A stretch of 64,000 bases of DNA from an uncultured Verrucomicrobiota bacterium (lineage in GTDB: Bacteria > Verrucomicrobiota > Verrucomicrobiia > Methylacidiphilales > UBA1321). Of the stretch, positions 63,796 through 64,000 are shown one piece after another. Positions within the stretch are counted from its first letter, which is position 1. Every line of letters begins with the position of its first letter. The stretch is taken from positions 45,050-109,049 of the forward strand of contig CAIPBM010000028.1 in NCBI GenBank assembly GCA_903863295.1, read 5' to 3'. The notes under the pieces were generated by a model, which ran no database searches, was not told where the DNA came from, and was given only the letters and a program-made list of their open reading frames with translations. The position numbers and the translations under genes are program-made.

Positions 63796-64000
63796 TTCCT
63801 GGGTAGCCGTCGGACCTGCGGTCGGCAGTAAACATCGCGGGCAATCCTCCGTGGTAGCCGTCGCACTCCGTGCGACGGTGCTCCCCGTCGCGTTAGCGAC
63901 TTTACAAAATCCGTCATCCTGAGCTAACTGAGTCATCGTCCTCTAACTATTCCTGCCTTCCCTCCCTGGTAGCCGCCGATGTCCCTATCGGCGGATGTCC
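63796..64000. repeat. Tandem array of ~50-57-bp intergenic repeat units (TCCT..GGTAGCCG-YCG plus a short perfect hairpin), truncated by the window end
   Basis: GGTAGCCG recurs at 63802, 63853 and 63968. Each copy is followed by a different perfect palindrome (CCGTCGCACTCCGTGCGACGG, CCGCCGATGTCCCTATCGGCGG). A degenerate unit in between carries CCGTCATCCTGAGC, as in the 54.3-kb modules. Confidence 0.55.

Noticed and set aside
63796-64000. Possible CRISPR array at the window edge
   Set aside because: The repeat heads are degenerate, the period is irregular (51 versus 115 bp), and the variable parts are themselves perfect palindromes. No cas genes are present. This fits REP-like stacked hairpins better than a repeat-spacer array.

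Overview
This is a high-GC, gene-dense chromosomal window of about 42 protein-coding genes. No rRNA, tRNA or CRISPR arrays were seen. The gene content looks Verrucomicrobia-like: many prepilin-type N-terminal domains, a PEP-CTERM protein, and a Cys-type sulfatase alongside many glycoside hydrolases. Proposed functions come from reading motifs in the provided translations, not from database searches.

The window divides into four blocks.

- **1 to 8.6 kb, host-glycan/mannan degradation locus.** It carries a malectin domain, GH2, a sialate O-acetylesterase, an SGNH esterase, a sulfatase and a GH130.
- **8.8 to 18.4 kb, the most unusual feature.** Five co-directional genes are linked by overlapping stop/start codons. 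They encode a 1576-residue protein with a GspK/PilX-like pseudopilin N-terminus and a GKVNLNT motif, then a secreted 246-residue protein, a FimT/GspH-like prepilin, a PilW/GspJ-like prepilin, and a GH95-like glycosidase. No pilus ATPase, platform protein or secretin is in the window. A LacI regulator follows.
- **20 to 36 kb.** A 1219-residue PEP-CTERM protein, FtsK, the hopanoid radical-SAM enzyme HpnH, a Tat-exported 5'-nucleotidase, and divergent MFS and fucose permeases.
- **36.9 to 64 kb.** A fucP/GH92/beta-helix operon with an inverted beta-helix paralog; an orphan pilin; a PiT phosphate transporter; a DUF2851/DUF2071 pair; HtrA; NfeD-flotillin; RNase D; MoeB-rhodanese; ClpS; glycogen phosphorylase; a NodT outer-membrane factor; and a PEGA plus FGE-sulfatase-domain protein.

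Intergenic regions hold several repeat families. One is a perfect 25-29 bp palindrome present three times just downstream of plus-strand genes. Another is an 83-bp MITE-like hairpin flanked by direct repeats. A third is two inverted ~75-nt modules that share a GTCATCCTGAGCG core with a tandem repeat block at the 3' edge of the window.

Several long ORFs in the track are antisense, high-GC artefacts and were rejected. Many starts are uncertain because the ORF track allows GTG and TTG.
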